DNA of 64,000 nucleotides, taken from contig OZ251456.1 of the NCBI GenBank assembly GCA_965242545.1, positions 316,076-380,075 on the forward strand, in the 5' to 3' direction. Of the stretch, positions 49,900-59,589 are shown piece by piece. The position numbers and the translations under genes are program-made. The first letter of the stretch is position 1. Each line of letters opens with the position of its first letter. Below the pieces are notes generated by a model, which worked only from the letters and a program-made list of their open reading frames with translations, was not told where the DNA came from and did no database searches. The stretch is from a bacterium (GTDB taxonomy: Bacteria; UBA8248).

Positions 49900-50246
49900 T
49901 CCATCGTGGCGGTCGGCGGCGGCCAGTCTTCCGACCTGTTCTTGAACGAGAGGTAGATGAACTCGCCGTCGCCTTCGTTCCTGAACTCGTGCTCCGTTCC
50001 TTCGGGAATGTGGACTACGTCGCCCGCGGCGACGGTTTTTTCCTCATCGCCCACCCGGAACCACGCGGTTCCCTCGACGACGTTGATGATTTGCTCGCAG
50101 CCGTGCGCGTGCGGGCGCGCCAGCTTGCCGGGCTGGCTCACCGATCGGTTCAGGGTGACGTGCTCGCCGATGATGATGCTGCCCTCCGAATCCGAGGGCT
50201 TGGCCAGGTTTTTTCGCCGCATCTCCTCCCAGCGGTAAAACGGCAT
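49896..50246 (-). CDS. Cupin-domain protein
   Basis: Two His-containing cupin motifs (HAHGCEQIINVVEG ... HIPEGTEHEF). Start at ATG 50244-50246. Confidence 0.65.
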   Translation of the reverse strand: MPFYRWEEMRRKNLAKPSDSEGSIIIGEHVTLNRSVSQPGKLARPHAHGCEQIINVVEGTAWFRVGDEEKTVAAGDVVHIPEGTEHEFRNEGDGEFIYLSFKNRSEDWPPPTATMD

Positions 50247-50552
50247 TTTCAGGCTCCTTTCCGGGGAAACGATTTTGCGGGGTTGTCCCATGCTTCGGAA
50301 CGCGAATGCGCTCCCGTCGCCCATCATTCGTTGACAGCGAAGCGCCCTCGTCTGTAAGATGGCTCCCAAGCATACAGAAAAACGTGCTGGTTTGGAACGA
50401 AGCGCCGGGAATATCCTGCTTGAGGGCGTCACGAAGGGCGGCGTTTCGCCGCGCGGGGCGCCGGACGCGCGCCGCATGGAAACCGGCGCGGCGAGCCGGA
50501 GCGAATTGATGGAGTTCTTGAAGCGCAGTTCATTTCATCGGGGAGAGAGAAA

Positions 50553-51536
50553 ATGAAGAAAATCACCATGACGTTCGGCGTCCTGGCGCTGGCCCTGTCG
50601 TTTTTGACGACGGGCGGCGCCTACGGCGCGCCCGCGAAATACGACCTGGCGGTCGGCAGTCTGCGCGGGACGATGGGCAGGCTGGGCGCGGGCCTCACCG
50701 AGATTTTCAACAAGAAGCAGAACAAGGCCGCCATCAACGTGGTTCCCGGCGGCGGACGGGCGAACCCGGCGCGCCTGGGAACGGGCGGCGCGGATTTCGC
50801 CTATTCGTTCTCGAACTTCGCCAGCGCGGCGATCAGCGGCAAGACCCCCTACAAGAAGGCTTACAAGAACATCCGGGGCGTCGCCACGTTCTGGGCCTCC
50901 TGCTATCACCAGTACGCGGCCAGGGAGCTCTATGACGCGGGCGTCAGGACCTGGGGCGACATCATCAAGTCGAAGAAGCCCCTGAAGCTCGCCCCGGCCA
51001 AGAAGGGAACCAGCTCGGAATACGTGGCGAGCCTGATCGTCAAGCACTACGGCACGAGCTACAAGGAGCTCACGAAGCGGGGCTACAAGCTCACCTTCCC
51101 GGGCGCGGGCGGCATGTCGCGCGCGATTCGGGCGCGACAGATCGATTTCTACTTTCACAACTCGGGCGATCCCAACGGCGCGGGCATCCAGGCGGCTCTG
51201 GGCCGGAACCTCGTGTTCCTGGACATGGCCGACGACGTGAAGAAGATGCTGGCGAGCCATGGGTTCACGCCCTGCCGGATTCCGGGCGGCATCTACAAGG
51301 GCAGCGACGAGCCGAAGGATTCGATGGGGCTGTCCGGCGTGCTGCTCACCACGACCAAGATGAGCGCCGACGTGGTCTATTCGATTCTCAAGACGGCGCG
51401 GAGCGAGAAGAAATTCCTCTCGGGCGTCCACAAGATCTACAAGAGGTGGGACCCGAAGAAGGCGGGCATGAACGTCGGCGCGCCCCTGCACGAGGGCGCC
51501 AAGCGCTTCTACAGGGAGATCGGGGCGCTGAACTAG
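50553..51536 (+). CDS. TRAP transporter solute receptor, TAXI family
   Basis: Signal peptide. TAXI-family layout (GSLRGTMGRLGAGLTEIF...VVPGGG.ANP). Confidence 0.8.
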   Translation: MKKITMTFGVLALALSFLTTGGAYGAPAKYDLAVGSLRGTMGRLGAGLTEIFNKKQNKAAINVVPGGGRANPARLGTGGADFAYSFSNFASAAISGKTPYKKAYKNIRGVATFWASCYHQYAARELYDAGVRTWGDIIKSKKPLKLAPAKKGTSSEYVASLIVKHYGTSYKELTKRGYKLTFPGAGGMSRAIRARQIDFYFHNSGDPNGAGIQAALGRNLVFLDMADDVKKMLASHGFTPCRIPGGIYKGSDEPKDSMGLSGVLLTTTKMSADVVYSILKTARSEKKFLSGVHKIYKRWDPKKAGMNVGAPLHEGAKRFYREIGALN

Positions 51537-51561
51537 CCCCTTTCGGCGAAGAGGCGCAGGC

Positions 51562-53517
51562 GTGAGCGACGATAAGGAAAGGACGCCCCTGGACTGGCTC
51601 GTTCTGGCGATAGCGGTCGCCATGTCCGTCTTTCACATCCAGGTCGCCTACACGGGAGGCTATGAGCCGCTTTACCAGCGGGCGCTTTCCTACCTGTTCG
51701 GGATGGCCCTGATCTTCATCGTCTACGGAAGACCGGCGGGAGGAGGATGGCGCGCCGCCCTGGCGGCGGCCGTCTTCCTCCTGGCGGTCGTCTCGATCGC
51801 CTACCCGATACTGAACATCGACTATTTTCTGGATCGCCTCTATTACGTCGATCCGCTGACGCCCGTCGATTTGATCCTGGGCACGGCGGTTCTGGCGCTC
51901 ACCTTCGAGGCGGCGCGGAGAACCATCAACCTGGCGCTGCCGATGATATCGCTTTTCTTCATCGTCTATTCCTACTTCGGCCCCTATTTTCCCTGGCATC
52001 TGGCGCACAAGGGCGCTTCCTACATGCACATCGTGGATCATCAATACATGACCTACGACGGCCTCTGGACGGCGCCCCTGAGCGTTTTCTCGGTCTACAT
52101 CTTCCTGTTCATCCTGTTCGGCGCCTTTCTGGACCGCATGGGCGCCGCCGATTTCTACGTGAAGCTCTCCATGGCCGCCGCGGGCAATCTGCGGGGGGGA
52201 CCCGCCAAGGCGGCGGTTTTCGCCAGCGCGATGACCGGAACCATCATGGGCAGCGCCAACGCGAACGTGGTGACGACCGGCTCGTTCACCATTCCGATGA
52301 TGAAGCGCGCGGGATTCCGGCCGGAGATATCGGCGGCGATCGAGACGGCGGCCTCCACGGGGGGGCAAATCATGCCGCCCGTCATGGGCGCGTCCGCGTT
52401 CCTGATCGTGGAGTTCACCGGCATCTCGTATTGGGAGATCGTCAAGGTATCCATCCTGCCCGCCGCTCTGTATTTCTTCTCCGTCTACGCGATTGTTCAC
52501 CTGGAGGCGAGAAAGGAGGGACTGGTGGGCGTGCCGAGGGAGATGATTCCCCCTCTGGGCCCCATCCTGAGAGAAGGGTGGTTCTACCTTCTTCCGCCCG
52601 TCGTGATTCTGCTGGTTCTCATGACGGGGCGAAGCGTTCCCTACGCGGGCCTCGCCGGCATTCTCTCCGTCGTGCTTCTGGCGGGACTCAAGGGCGGCCT
52701 GGCCCTGTGGCGGAAAGCGAGGACGCGGGGGACGAGCGTCGGCGAGGTGGCGGGCGAGGCGCTCAGGGGGCTTTGGAACGTCGTGCTGGCGCTGGAGAAG
52801 GGCGCGGTGCAGTCGCTTCCGATATGCGCCGCCGTGGGCGCGGTGGGCATCATCATGGGGGCGCTGTTTCAGACCGGCCTGGGGCTCAAGTTCTCCTCCC
52901 TGGTTACGAATCTGGCGAACGACAGCCTGTTTCTGGGGATTCTTCTGGTGGGCGTGGCCTCGTTCGTGCTCGGCATGGGCCTGCCGACGAGCGCCGCCTA
53001 CATCGTCCTGTCGGTCATGGCGGTGCCCGCGCTCCTGGAGCTCGGCGAGCCGTACGGCCTCTCGCTTCTCTCCGCCCACCTCATCGTCTTCTGGTACAGC
53101 CTGGACAGCTGCTTCACGCCCCCCGTGTGCGTGCCCGCCTATACGGCGGCGGGCATCGCGAACGCCAACCCGGCGAAGGCCGCCTGGGCTTCTTTCCGCA
53201 CGGCCAAGGGCATGTATATCGTCCCCTTGATGTTCGCCTTCACCCCGATTCTGCTCATCCGCCAACCATGGCTCTCCCTGGAGACGTTCCTCGCCGCCCT
53301 GCTCGGTTTTCAGGCGCTGGCGGCCGCGATGGTCGGGTTCATGTATTTCTCCTTCACGAGGCTGACGCGCGCGCTTCTTTTCCTCTCGGCGGGGCTCCTG
53401 TTCTGGCCGGCCTACGAATGCCACGCGGCGGGCGCGCTCATCCTGGGCGCGATATTCGTGCTGCAGAAAAGACGCCTCGCCGAGGAAGGAGAGCCCGCCC
53501 CCGCCGCCGCGTCCTGA
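51562..53517 (+). CDS. TRAP transporter fused permease (TAXI-associated DctQM-like)
   Basis: 651 aa with about 18 TM helices, immediately downstream of the TAXI receptor. Confidence 0.8.
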   Translation: MSDDKERTPLDWLVLAIAVAMSVFHIQVAYTGGYEPLYQRALSYLFGMALIFIVYGRPAGGGWRAALAAAVFLLAVVSIAYPILNIDYFLDRLYYVDPLTPVDLILGTAVLALTFEAARRTINLALPMISLFFIVYSYFGPYFPWHLAHKGASYMHIVDHQYMTYDGLWTAPLSVFSVYIFLFILFGAFLDRMGAADFYVKLSMAAAGNLRGGPAKAAVFASAMTGTIMGSANANVVTTGSFTIPMMKRAGFRPEISAAIETAASTGGQIMPPVMGASAFLIVEFTGISYWEIVKVSILPAALYFFSVYAIVHLEARKEGLVGVPREMIPPLGPILREGWFYLLPPVVILLVLMTGRSVPYAGLAGILSVVLLAGLKGGLALWRKARTRGTSVGEVAGEALRGLWNVVLALEKGAVQSLPICAAVGAVGIIMGALFQTGLGLKFSSLVTNLANDSLFLGILLVGVASFVLGMGLPTSAAYIVLSVMAVPALLELGEPYGLSLLSAHLIVFWYSLDSCFTPPVCVPAYTAAGIANANPAKAAWASFRTAKGMYIVPLMFAFTPILLIRQPWLSLETFLAALLGFQALAAAMVGFMYFSFTRLTRALLFLSAGLLFWPAYECHAAGALILGAIFVLQKRRLAEEGEPAPAAAS

Positions 53518-53634
53518 GAGGCCGGCTCCACGCGAAGCGGCGGCGCTCCCTCGCGCCGAATCCGCATCGCCCGTCCGCCTTTTGCCCGCGCTCCCGACCC
53601 GTGAAGTCCCGCGGGGGCGCGCCGGGAGGTTCGC

Positions 53635-54534
53635 TTGCGCGTCACGCTGCTTGAGAATTTCCGCGCCGTTTTCTACGCGCCGTTCTACGCCGCCCTCGCG
53701 CTGGGGCTCTACGAGGAGGAGGGCGTCGAGGTTCGCCTCGAACAATCGCCCGATCCCGCTCAAACCGCGGACCTGCTCATGTCCGGCGGCGCGCGGGTGA
53801 GCTGGGGCGGGCCCATGCGCGTCATGGCGGCGTATGATCGCGCGCCCGGCTGCGATCTGAAAATTTTCTGCGAGGTCGTCCGGCGGGACCCGTTCTTTCT
53901 CATCGGGAAGGAGCCGAACCCGGCGTTTCGGATGCGCGATTTGACGGACGGGAAAATCGCCGTCGTCAGCGAGGTGCCCACCCCCTGGCTCTGCCTTCAG
54001 CGCGACTTGCGCCTGGCAGGCCTCGAGCCGGAGGCGCTGAACGGAATCACGGATCGGACGATGGCCGAAAACGCCGCGGCGCTCCGCGCGGGCGAGGTGG
54101 ACGTCGTTCAGGCGTTTCAGCCCCTGGCGGAGGAACTGATCGAGGAGGGCGCGGGCCACCTCTGGTATGCGGCGGCGGATCGGGGGCTGACGACCTACAC
54201 GGCTCTTTACGCGCGGGCCGCGTTTTTGCGGGAGGCGCCCGAAGCCGCCCTCGCCATGACGAAAGCCATGCGCGGAGCGGGGCGCTGGCTCGCCGGGCGT
54301 GGCGCGGAGGAGGTCGCCCGGAGCGTGCGTCCCTGGTTCGAGGACGTTCCTTTCGGGCTTCTGGCGCGCGCGATCGCGCGCTATCAGCAACTCGGCCTCT
54401 GGAACGAAAGCCCCCGCCTCGCGCGCGGGAGCTTCGAGTGGCTGCGCGCCGCCTGCCTGAGCGGCGGGCTGATAAAAACGGGCGTCTCCTACGATCGGGC
54501 GGTGGACATGCGCTTCGCCGACGCGGTCGCCTGA
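53635..54534 (+). CDS. NMT1/THI5-like (SsuA/TauA-fold) binding-domain protein without an obvious signal peptide
   Basis: Periplasmic-binding-protein type 2 fold signatures. No clear ATG start; GTG or TTG likely. Confidence 0.5.
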   Translation: MRVTLLENFRAVFYAPFYAALALGLYEEEGVEVRLEQSPDPAQTADLLMSGGARVSWGGPMRVMAAYDRAPGCDLKIFCEVVRRDPFFLIGKEPNPAFRMRDLTDGKIAVVSEVPTPWLCLQRDLRLAGLEPEALNGITDRTMAENAAALRAGEVDVVQAFQPLAEELIEEGAGHLWYAAADRGLTTYTALYARAAFLREAPEAALAMTKAMRGAGRWLAGRGAEEVARSVRPWFEDVPFGLLARAIARYQQLGLWNESPRLARGSFEWLRAACLSGGLIKTGVSYDRAVDMRFADAVA

Positions 54535-54557
54535 GCGGCGGCCGACGCGGATCGCCG

Positions 54558-54777
54558 CAGGGACAACCCCCCGTGGTTGTCCCGTTTTCATCGCGCCGCC
54601 GGACGCGAAACGGGACGCATATATGCGTGGGACGCGCCCCTCGGCGCGTCACCTACAAAAACCGCCGCCCGCCTTGTTTTGTCGATGGAATGTTTCGCCC
54701 GTAGGGGGCGCATACATGCGCCCCGCGCATAGGTTGGCGACGACGCGGCGCGAACAACCACGGGGGGTTGTCCCTAC
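54558..54777. repeat. Structured intergenic element: about 24-bp terminal inverted repeats (GGGACAACCCCCCGTGGTTGTCCC / GAACAACCACGGGGGGTTGTCCC) flanking about 170 bp with nested palindromes
   Basis: The left arm at 54560-54583 is itself a 9-bp hairpin. The right arm at 54752-54774 is its reverse complement with complementary loops. Internal palindromes ACGCATATATGCGT (about 54614) and GGGGCGCATACATGCGCCCC (about 54704). ACAAAA...TTTTGT arms lie around a GC core. Confidence 0.5.
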
Positions 54778-55127
54778 GGAATCGACAAAACCCGCGCATT
54801 TGCCCGCATTTGCGGTCGCCCGAAAAGAAGCGAAAAAGGGACCATTCGAGCCGAAACGCGCCCGATCCCCGATCAAAAGGGCGTCTTTTTCCGTCGAACC
54901 GAGAACCTTTCAATTCAAATACAATCGAGCGAATTCAAAACGAATTCAAGGCGTTTTCAGGCGAGTTGACGCGCTTTCAGGAACGCATAACCGATTGATT
55001 CAAAACGAAAAACGCCGAAAGATGGGGAATTTTATCGAAAAAGACGGGATCGGGTTGATCGCCCTCTCGCCCCGATCGACCCCTTCGTCCGCTCCGATCT
55101 GCCTTCGCCGCCCCTGCCGGGGTCGGC

Positions 55128-56339
55128 TCATCCTCCGGCGGGTTGAGAGCCCGGGGCGCGGACGACGCCCGACGAGAGCAGCGCCCGGACGCGCTCCTCC
55201 GGCAGGCCGAGAATCCCCCGGAGAACCTCCTCGGTGTCGCCTCCGAGCAGGGGAGCCGGCGCGGGGTCGGGGTTTCCGCCGGCCGCGCGGTTCAGGATGG
55301 GGTTGCCCACCACCTTCACCCGGCCGGCTTCGGGGTATTCGTATTCCCGGATCAGGCGCCGCGCCCTGACCTGCTCGTTGTCCAGGGCGCGATCCAGCGG
55401 GTTCACCGGCGCGGAGGGCACGCCCGCCGCCTCGAAGAGCGCGAGCCATTCCTCGCCCGGCCGCCGGGCGAGAATCTCCTCCATGACGGGCAGCAGCGCG
55501 TCCCGGTTCTCGGCGCGGAGGTTGTTCGTGCGGAAGCGCGGGTCGTCCGCCAGCGCGTCCATGCCCATGACCTCGCACATCTTCCGCCAGAAGCGCTCCT
55601 CGCGCGGGGAGAGCACGATGTAGATCGTCGCGGTCGGAAACGCCTGATAGGGCACCATGTATTCGTGCGCGCTGCCGGGCGGCTCGGGCACGTCGCCGCC
55701 GTTCAGGAACATGGTGGCGATGTATCCGAGCATGGCGAGCTGCACGTCGAACATGGGCACCTCGAGGTGCGCCGCGCCCCCGCCCTTCGCCCTGCCGAGG
55801 AGTCCCGCCATGCAGGCGATGGCGGTATAGAGGGCGGTGGAGATGTCCGCCGTGGGCGAGCCGTTCCTGGCGGGCGGGCGGTTCGGCTCGCCGGTGATGG
55901 ACATGTGGCCGCTCACGGCCTGCTCGACGAGATCGAAGGCGGGCTTGTCGCGCCACGGGCCCTGCTCGCCGTATCCGCTCGAATCGACGAACACGATTTC
56001 GGGGTTTCGCTCCCTCATCGCCTCGAAGCCCAGACCCAGCCGCGCCATCGTCCCGGGCCGGAAGTTCACCATCACGGCGTCGGACTTCTCCACGAGGGAG
56101 AGGAAGACCTCCCGGCCTTCGGGCTTTTTCAGGTCGATGACGACGCTCTTCTTGCCCCGGTTGAAGGTGAGGAAGATGCTCGAGACGGGGCCGATGCCGG
56201 CGATGGCGGGATTGCGCCCGATGTCGCCCTGGGGGGATTCGATCTTGATGACCTCGGCGCCCATGTCGGCCAGAATCATGCCGCCGATCGCGCCGGCGAT
56301 GACCTGTCCGAGATCGAGAACGCGGTAGCCTTCCAGCAT
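55128..56339 (-). CDS. CoA-transferase family III (CaiB/BaiF/formyl-CoA transferase-like)
   Basis: MLEGYRVLDLGQVIAGAIGGMILADMGAEVIKIE N-terminal signature. 403 aa. Confidence 0.85.
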   Translation of the reverse strand: MLEGYRVLDLGQVIAGAIGGMILADMGAEVIKIESPQGDIGRNPAIAGIGPVSSIFLTFNRGKKSVVIDLKKPEGREVFLSLVEKSDAVMVNFRPGTMARLGLGFEAMRERNPEIVFVDSSGYGEQGPWRDKPAFDLVEQAVSGHMSITGEPNRPPARNGSPTADISTALYTAIACMAGLLGRAKGGGAAHLEVPMFDVQLAMLGYIATMFLNGGDVPEPPGSAHEYMVPYQAFPTATIYIVLSPREERFWRKMCEVMGMDALADDPRFRTNNLRAENRDALLPVMEEILARRPGEEWLALFEAAGVPSAPVNPLDRALDNEQVRARRLIREYEYPEAGRVKVVGNPILNRAAGGNPDPAPAPLLGGDTEEVLRGILGLPEERVRALLSSGVVRAPGSQPAGG

Positions 56340-56357
56340 GGCGGGAGAACCCCGGAA

Positions 56358-56789
56358 TCAGCCCTGGGGCGCGGCGGTCGCCGCGGCCTTGATGAGGGTT
56401 TCGCCGCGCTGGTTCACCGCGCTCGCCTCAACGTCCACGAGGCGCTCCCCCGCCTCTTCGTATCGGCGTGAGACCGCCGCCTTGCAGATCACCGCGTCGC
56501 CAGGCCACGCCTGCGCGCTGAAGCGGAGCCTGAGGCTTTTCAGCGAGGCGGGCCCGAGCCATTCGGCGAGCAGACGGGCGAGGTATCCGCCCTGGAGCAT
56601 CCCGTGCGCGAAGGGCTTGTCGAACCCGGCGCGAATGGCGTAAACCTCGTCGTGGTGGTTGGGGTTGAAGTCCCCGCTAGCGCCCGCGTAGCGGACGAGG
56701 TCCGTCCGGGTGATGGGCCCCGCCCTCAGCTCACGCTCGACGCCCTCGGCGAGGTCCTCCCATTTCGCGTATTCCGGGGTTTTCGCCAT
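56358..56789 (-). CDS. MaoC-like (R)-specific enoyl-CoA hydratase/dehydratase (hot-dog fold)
   Basis: DFNPNHHDEVYA hot-dog active-site motif. Confidence 0.8.
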   Translation of the reverse strand: MAKTPEYAKWEDLAEGVERELRAGPITRTDLVRYAGASGDFNPNHHDEVYAIRAGFDKPFAHGMLQGGYLARLLAEWLGPASLKSLRLRFSAQAWPGDAVICKAAVSRRYEEAGERLVDVEASAVNQRGETLIKAAATAAPQG

Positions 56790-56801
56790 CGGCAGGCTCC
56801 T

Positions 56802-57314
56802 TCAGCCCTCTTTGGGAGGGGCCGCCGTTTCGATGAGGGTGCGCCTCGCCACCTGCGCCAGCTCGCCCGCCTCGTCCACGAATCTGGTTTCGATGACGAC
56901 GAAGGTCATCATCCCCCCCCGGCGGCCTTCCTTCTCGCGGGTGGAGACGATGGCGTTTCGGCCCTTGAGGTTCATGCCGGCGACCAGGGGCTTGTGGTAT
57001 TCAAACTCCTGCTCCCCGTGAAGGCGGCGCTTCGGGTCGTAGCCCAGATGCGGCATGGGGTCGTTCTCGGGCGCTTCGTGCCAGAACTGGCGCACGAACG
57101 TGGGCGGAGCGAGCAGATCGTCGAAACCCGCGGCCCTGGCGGCCTCGAGATCCGTGTGCACCGGGTCGGTCAGGCCGAGGGCGAGGGCGTATTCCCGGAT
57201 TTTTCCGCGCTCGACCCGGAATTCAAAATCGGGGAACGTCTTTTCCAGCACGCTTTTGTCCAGGGGCATGAAGCCGGCTTCCTCCATGAATGTCGCCGCG
57301 TCGGTTCCTCGCAT
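56802..57314 (-). CDS. MaoC N-terminal-like hot-dog dehydratase partner subunit
   Basis: 170-aa hot-dog protein lacking the catalytic D-x4-H, paired with the downstream MaoC-like gene (HadA/HadB-like arrangement). Confidence 0.6.
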   Translation of the reverse strand: MRGTDAATFMEEAGFMPLDKSVLEKTFPDFEFRVERGKIREYALALGLTDPVHTDLEAARAAGFDDLLAPPTFVRQFWHEAPENDPMPHLGYDPKRRLHGEQEFEYHKPLVAGMNLKGRNAIVSTREKEGRRGGMMTFVVIETRFVDEAGELAQVARRTLIETAAPPKEG

Positions 57315-57370
57315 CGTTCGGAGGCGTCAGTTTCGGCTCTTTGGGCGAAATCATCAAGTCCCCGGGAGCG

Positions 57371-58513
57371 TTAAAGTCCCAGCGCCTTGGCGATAATGTT
57401 TCTCTGCACCTCGCTCGTCCCGGCGCCGATGGTGGCCAGCCGCGCGTCCCGGTAGTGGCGCTCCATGGCGTATTCTCCGCTGTAGCCGTATCCGCCCATC
57501 ACCTGCACGCCCAGATCGGCCACCTTCTTGTAGGCTTCTCCGGCGAAGAGTTTGAGCGTCGCCGCCTCAATGCGCCCCGCTTTTCCCTGGGAGACCAGCC
57601 AGGCGAAGCGATACACCTGAAGCCTCGCCGTGTCCACGAGCACGTGCATTTCGGTGAGCATGTGGCTCACGGCCTGGAACTTGCCGATGGGGCGGCCGAA
57701 CTGCCTTCTCTCCTTCGCGTGCTCCAGGGCCAGTTCGAGCGCCGCCGCCGCCGCTCCCGTGCGCGCCGCGGACAGGCACAGGCGCTCGGTGGTGATGTAG
57801 GCCATGAGTCCCTTCCAGCCCTCCCCCACCGCTCCGAGCACGTCCGCGCCGCTCGCCTCCACGGCGTTGTAGTGCGCCACGCAGGTGCCCATCGCCCGAT
57901 GGCCGAGCAAATCGAGCTTCGACCAGCTGACGCCCTCCGCATCGGCGGGAAGGATGAAGTTCGTGATGCCCTCGTGCTTCTCGCCCGAATTGTCCGTTCG
58001 CGCGGCGACGAGGACGTGCGTCGCCGTCGGCATTCCTGAGGTGAAGTTTTTCGTGCCCGTGAGCCGAAAGCGGTCACCTTCCCGATCCGCGCGGGTGATG
58101 ATGGCCGCGGCGTCGGAGCCGGCGTCCGGCTCGGTGAGGCTGAACGCGAAGAACTTCTCCCCCTTGACGGTCGCCGGGATGAACTCTTTTTTCTGCGCGT
58201 CCGTTCCGCTCACCAGAAGGGCGTCCACGCCGTAGCAGACGTTTCTGAAGATCATGGTGGCGAGGTCGAGGTAGCGCGTCCCCGTGGTTTCGAGGACGAG
58301 CGCCAAATCGACCGCGTCCCCCCCCATTCCGCCGTATTCCTCGGGCGCGGAGACGCCGATCCACCCGTCATCGGCCAGCGCCTTGTAGGCGTTAATGGGG
58401 GCTTCGCCCTTCCTGTCGCAGTCCATCGCGTATTCGGGCGGGCAGACGCGATCGAGGCGCTCACGGAGCGTGCGGCGCATGAGTTCCTGGCGCTCGTTGA
58501 AGGCGAAGTCCAA
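57371..58513 (-). CDS. Acyl-CoA dehydrogenase
   Basis: ACAD N/M/C domain layout. C-terminal catalytic region YRDARLATIGAGTSEVQRNIIA. Confidence 0.85.
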   Translation of the reverse strand: MDFAFNERQELMRRTLRERLDRVCPPEYAMDCDRKGEAPINAYKALADDGWIGVSAPEEYGGMGGDAVDLALVLETTGTRYLDLATMIFRNVCYGVDALLVSGTDAQKKEFIPATVKGEKFFAFSLTEPDAGSDAAAIITRADREGDRFRLTGTKNFTSGMPTATHVLVAARTDNSGEKHEGITNFILPADAEGVSWSKLDLLGHRAMGTCVAHYNAVEASGADVLGAVGEGWKGLMAYITTERLCLSAARTGAAAAALELALEHAKERRQFGRPIGKFQAVSHMLTEMHVLVDTARLQVYRFAWLVSQGKAGRIEAATLKLFAGEAYKKVADLGVQVMGGYGYSGEYAMERHYRDARLATIGAGTSEVQRNIIAKALGL

Positions 58514-58620
58514 CCTGACGAACCTCGAAGGTAAAACGGGTTTCCCGACTTCGGGAGAGCATTCGACACCGACGCGCGCGAAAAATCAAGCCCGCCGCCG
58601 AACCTGCGCGAAATCGCTTG

Positions 58621-59589
58621 TCAGGCGAGAACTTCCGGGTTGTGGATGTTGATCGGCCTGCCCGCGGCGAAGGCGTTGATCTGGTCGAAGGCGATCCCGA
58701 AGTATTTCTCGAAAGTGCCCCTCGTCACATATCCCAGGTGGGGCGTGCAGATCGCGTTCTCCATGGCCAGAAGCGGATGCGCGGCCCCTTGAACCGGCTC
58801 TTTCTCATAGACGTCCACTGCGGCGAAGCCGGGCCTTCCCGTTTTGAGCGCCGCCTCGAGCGCGCCTTCTTCTATCAGCCCGGCGCGGCTGGTGTTCACG
58901 AGAAGGGCGTCCGGCTTCATGCGGCTCAAATCCTGCGCCGTCACAATGCCCTTCGTCTGCGGCGTGAGGCGAATATGGAGGCTGAGGACGTCGGATGTCC
59001 CGAAAAGCGCTTCCCGGCTGGGCGCCACCGGCAGGCCGTCCCTCCGGGCGCGTTCGGCGGAGCCCTCTCTCCCGTAGGCGATGACGCTCATGCCGAACGC
59101 CTTGCCCACGGCGGCCACCTGGCTGCCGATTTTGCCGTAGGCGTAGACGCCGAGCGTTTTCCCGCAGAGGTCTTCTCCCAGCGTTGTTTGCCAGCCGCCC
59201 TCGGCCAGATTGCGTATTTCTTTGGGGATGGAGCGCATGGCGCAGAGGATGAGCCCCCACGCGAGCTCGCATGTCGAGCGCGTGCCCGCGCCTCCCGCGG
59301 CTACGGCCACGCGGCGGCGCGTGCAGGCTTCCAGATCGATGTGCGCGGCGAAGCCGGCGCCGGTCTGGCTCACCAATTTGAGACTGGGGAGTCTGGCGAG
59401 CAATTCGGCCGTGATGCGGGTGCGCTCCCTGATCAGCACGATGGCCTCCGCTTCCCGGAACCGCGCTTCAAGCGCGTCGAGGTCGTCCACCGTGTCATGG
59501 TGAATGGTGACGTCGTGTTCCGCCATCCTGGAGAAGCACTCGAGGCGGCGGACGCAGTCCTGATAATCGTCCGAAATCACGACTTTCAT
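58621..59589 (-). CDS. D-isomer-specific 2-hydroxyacid dehydrogenase
   Basis: NAD-binding GVYAYGKIGSQVA, and NTSRAGLIEEGAL. Start at ATG 59587-59589 (MKVVISDDY). Confidence 0.8.
   Translation of the reverse strand: MKVVISDDYQDCVRRLECFSRMAEHDVTIHHDTVDDLDALEARFREAEAIVLIRERTRITAELLARLPSLKLVSQTGAGFAAHIDLEACTRRRVAVAAGGAGTRSTCELAWGLILCAMRSIPKEIRNLAEGGWQTTLGEDLCGKTLGVYAYGKIGSQVAAVGKAFGMSVIAYGREGSAERARRDGLPVAPSREALFGTSDVLSLHIRLTPQTKGIVTAQDLSRMKPDALLVNTSRAGLIEEGALEAALKTGRPGFAAVDVYEKEPVQGAAHPLLAMENAICTPHLGYVTRGTFEKYFGIAFDQINAFAAGRPINIHNPEVLA

Noticed and set aside
51388-54591. 1067-aa minus-strand ORF, the longest in the track
   Set aside because: Lies antisense to the TRAP permease and the NMT1-like gene. 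Composition is Arg/Gly/Ala-rich with no motifs. A high-GC stop-codon-poor artefact.
54623-55369. 248-aa plus-strand ORF across the convergent intergenic region
   Set aside because: Runs through the palindromic element and into the antisense of the CoA-transferase gene. Composition is artefactual.
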